The notes under the pieces were generated by a model. The model made no database searches. It had not been told where the DNA came from and was given only the letters and a program-made list of their open reading frames with translations. From Octopus sinensis (lineage: Eukaryota), in assembly GCF_006345805.1 (NCBI RefSeq), contig NC_043023.1, positions 15,996,001 through 16,060,000 on the forward strand: 64,000 nt of DNA, in the 5' to 3' direction. The translations under genes were made by a program, and so were the position numbers. How positions within the stretch are numbered: position 1 is the first letter of the stretch; every line of letters starts with the position of its first letter. Positions 60,101 through 64,000 of the stretch are shown piece after piece.

Positions 60101-63100
60101 AACAGCTAAATGGTTTTCAAATTGGATAGGTTCGTTTGTGCATTTGTTATTTCTCCTGAAACAGAGAGCGAAGAAATATCAAGACCGCCAACAGGAAACT
60201 AGATATGCTAGAAATAACAGCTAAATGGTTTTCAAATTGGATAGGTTCGTTTATGCATTTGTTTATTTCTCCTGAAACAGAGAGCGAAGAAATATCAAGA
60301 CCGCCAACAGGAAACTAGATATGCTAGAAATAACAGCTAAATGGTTTTCAAATTGGATAGGTTCGTTTGTGCATTTGTTATTTCTCCTGAAACAGAGAGC
60401 GAAGAAATATCAAGACCGCCAACAGGAAACTAGATATGCTAGAAATAACAGCTAAATGGTTTTCAAATTGGATAGGTTCGTTTATGCATTTGTTTATTTC
60501 TCCTGAAACAGAGAGCGAAGAAATATCAAGACCGCCAACAGGAAACTAGATATGCTAGAAATAACAGCTAAATGGTTTTCAAATTGGATAGGTTCGTTTA
60601 TGCATTTGTTTATTTCTCCTGAAACAGAGAGCGAAGAAATATCAAGACCGCCAACAGGAAACTAGATATGCTAGAAATAACAGCTAAATGGTTTTCAAAT
60701 TGGATAGGTTCGTTTGTGCATTTGTTTATTTCTCCTGAAACAGAGAGCGAAGAAATATCAAGACCGCCAACAGGAAACTAGATATGCTAGAAATAACAGC
60801 AAAATGGTTTTCAAATTGGATAGGTTCGTTTATGCATTTGTTTATTTCTCCTGAAACAGAGAGCGAAGAAATATCAAGACCGCCAACAGGAAACTAGATA
60901 TGCTAGAAATAACAGCTAAATGGTTTTCAAATTGGATAGGTTCGTTTGTGCATTTGTTTATTTCTCCTGAAACAGAGAGCGAAGAAATATCAAGACCGCC
61001 AACAGGAAACTAGATATGCTAGAAATAACAGCAAAATGGTTTTCAAATTGGATAGGTTCGTTTATGCATTTGTTATTTCTCCTGAAACAGAGAGCGAAGA
61101 AATATCAAGACCGCCAACAGGAAACTAGATATGCTAGAAATAACAGCTAAATGGTTTTCAAATTGGATAGGTTCGTTTGTGCATTTGTTTATTTCTCCTG
61201 AAACAGAGAGCGAAGAAATATCAAGACCGCCAACAGGAAACTAGATATGCTAGAAATAACAGCAAAATGGTTTTCAAATTGGATAGGTTCGTTTATGCAT
61301 TTGTTTATTTCTCCTGAAACAGAGAGCGAAGAAATATCAAGACCGCCAACAGGAAACTAGATATGCTAGAAATAACAGCAAATGGTTTTCAAATTGGATA
61401 GGTTCGTTTGTGCATTTGTTAATTTCTCCTGAAACAGAGAGCGAAGAAATATCAAGACCGCCAACAGGAAACTAGATATGCTAGAAATAACAGCTAAATG
61501 GTTTTCAAATTGGATAGGTTCGTTTGTGCATTTGTTATTTCTCCTGAAACAGAGAGCGAAGAAATATCAAGACCGCCAACAGGAAACTAGATTGCTAGAA
61601 ATAACAGCTAAATGGTTTTCAAATTGGATAGGTTCGTTTGTGCATTTGTTAATTTCTCCTGAAACAGAGAGCGAAGAAATATCAAGACCGCCAACAGGAT
61701 ACTAGATTTGCTAGAAATAACAGCTAAATGGTTTTCAAATTGGATAGGTTCGTTTGTGCATTTGTTAATTTCTCCTGAAACAGAGAGCGAAGAAATATCA
61801 AGACCGCCAACAGGAAACTAGATATGCTAGAAATAACAGCTAAATGGTTTTCAAATTGGATAGGTTCGTTTGTGCATTTGTTAATTTCTCCTGAAACAGA
61901 GAGCGAAGAAATATCAAGACCGCCAACAGGAAACTAGATATGCTAGAAATAACAGCTAAATGGTTTTCAAATTGGATAGGTTCGTTTGTGCATTTGTTAA
62001 TTTCTCCTGAAACAGAGAGCGAAGAAATATCAAGACCGCCAACAGGAAACTAGATATGCTAGAAATAACAGCTAAATGGTTTTCAAATTGGATAGGTTCG
62101 TTTGTGCATTTGTTAATTTCTCCTGAAACAGAGAGCGAAGAAATATCAAGACCGCCAACAGGAAACTAGATATGCTAGAAATAACAGCTAAATGGTTTTC
62201 AAATTGGATAGGTTCGTTTGTGCATTTGTTAATTTCTCCTGAAACAGAGAGCGAAGAAATATCAAGACCGCCAACAGGAAACTAGATATGCTAGAAATAA
62301 CAGCTAAATGGTTTTCAAATTGGATAGGTTCGTTTGTGCATTTGTTAATTTCTCCTGAAACAGAGAGCGAAGAAATATCAAGACCGCCAACAGGAAACTA
62401 GATATGCTAGAAATAACAGCTAAATGGTTTTCAAATTGGATAGGTTCGTTTGTGCATTTGTTAATTTCTCCTGAAACAGAGAGCGAAGAAATATCAAGAC
62501 CGCCAACAGGAAACTAGATATGCTAGAAATAACAGCTAAATGGTTTTCAAATTGGATAGGTTCGTTTGTGCATTTGTTAATTTCTCCTGAAACAGAGAGC
62601 GAAGAAATATCAAGACCGCCAACAGGAAACTAGATATGCTAGAAATAACAGCTAAATGGTTTTCAAATTGGATAGGTTCGTTTGTGCATTTGTTAATTTC
62701 TCCTGAAACAGAGAGCGAAGAAATATCAAGACCGCCAACAGGAAACTAGATATGCTAGAAATAACAGCTAAATGGTTTTCAAATTGGATAGGTTCGTTTG
62801 TGCATTTGTTTAATTTCTCCTGAAACAGAGAGCGAAGAAATATCAAGACCCCAACAGGATACTAGATATGCTAGAAATAACAGCTAAATGGTTTTCAAAT
62901 TGGATAGGTTCGTTTGTGCATTTGTTTATTTCTCCTGAAACAGAGAGCGAAGAAATATCAAGACCGCCAACAGGAAACTAGATATGCTAGAAATAACAGC
63001 TAAATGGTTTTCAAATTGGATAGGTTCGTTTGTGCATTTGTTTATTTCTCCTGAAACAGAGAGCGAAGAAATATCAAGACCGCCAACAGGAAACTAGATA

Positions 63101-64000
63101 TGCTAGAAATAACAGCTAAATGGTTTTCAAATTGGATAGGTTCGTTTGTGCATTTGTTTATTTCTCCTGAAACAGAGAGCGAAGAAATATCAAGACCGCC
63201 AACAGGAAACTAGATTTGCTAGAAATAACAGCTAAATGGTTTTCAAATTGGATAGGTTCGTTTATGCATTTGTTTATTTCTCCTGAAACAGAGAGCGAAG
63301 AAATATCAAGACCGCCAACAGGAAACTAGATATGCTAGAAATAACAGCAAATGGTTTTCAAATTGGATAGGTTCGTTTATGCATTTGTTAATTTCTCCTG
63401 AAACAGAGAGCGAAGAAATATCAAGACCGCCAACAGGAAACTAGATATGCTAGAAATAACAGCTAAATGGTTTTCAAATTGGATAGGTTCGTTTATGCAT
63501 TTGTTTATTTCTCCTGAAACAGAGAGCGAAGAAATATCAAGACCGCCAACAGGAAACTAGATATGCTAGAAATAACAGCTAAATGGTTTTCAAATTGGAT
63601 AGGTTCGTTTATGCATTTGTTTATTTCTCCTGAAACAGAGAGCGAAGAAATATCAAGACCCCCAACAGGAAACTAGATATGCTAGAAATAACAGCTAAAT
63701 GGTTTTCAAATTGGATAGGTTCGTTTATGCATTTGTTTATTTCTCCTGAAACAGAGAGCGAAGAAATATCAAGACCGCCAACAGGAAACTAGATATGCTA
63801 GAAATAACAGCTAAATGGTTTTCAAATTGGATAGGTTCGTTTATGCATTTGTTTATTTCTCCTGAAACAGAGAGCGAAGAAATATCAAGACCGCCAACAG
63901 GAAACTAGATATGCTAGAAATAACAGCTAAATGGTTTTCAAATTGGATAGGTTCGTTATGCATTTGTTTATTTCTCCTGAAACAGAGAGCGAAGAAATAT
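57189..64000. repeat. 116-bp satellite, at least 58 copies, runs off the window end
   Basis: ATGCTAGAAA at 57189, 57305, 57421 and onward; very homogeneous. Confidence 0.97.

Overview
AT-rich eukaryotic genomic DNA made almost entirely of repeats. The SINE families, (TA)n/(CA)n density and YHCDICGKSF-type C2H2 relics suggest an octopus genome (inference, no search run). I found no intact host gene. About half the window is tandem arrays: a 252-bp MITE-derived array, a 9.8-kb ~58-bp satellite with higher-order repeats, an 11-kb macro-tandem of a mariner+Tc1 composite (itself carrying 16-bp and 138-bp arrays), and 113-bp and 116-bp satellites. The rest is tRNA-derived SINEs, RTE-tailed SINE-like elements, MITEs, Helitron-like elements, mariner/Tc1/Gypsy/RTE relics, a near-intact 5'-truncated CR1-group LINE with a target-site duplication, and three C2H2 zinc-finger relics. 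The best unexplained signal is a set of type I hammerhead ribozyme motifs in short, mutually dissimilar elements sitting at (TA)n tracts. Three are structurally near-complete (1034-1113 +, 4212-4272 -, 52584-52680 -) and four are degenerate. They resemble Penelope-like pseudo-LTR hammerheads. All folds were done by hand and none is tested.
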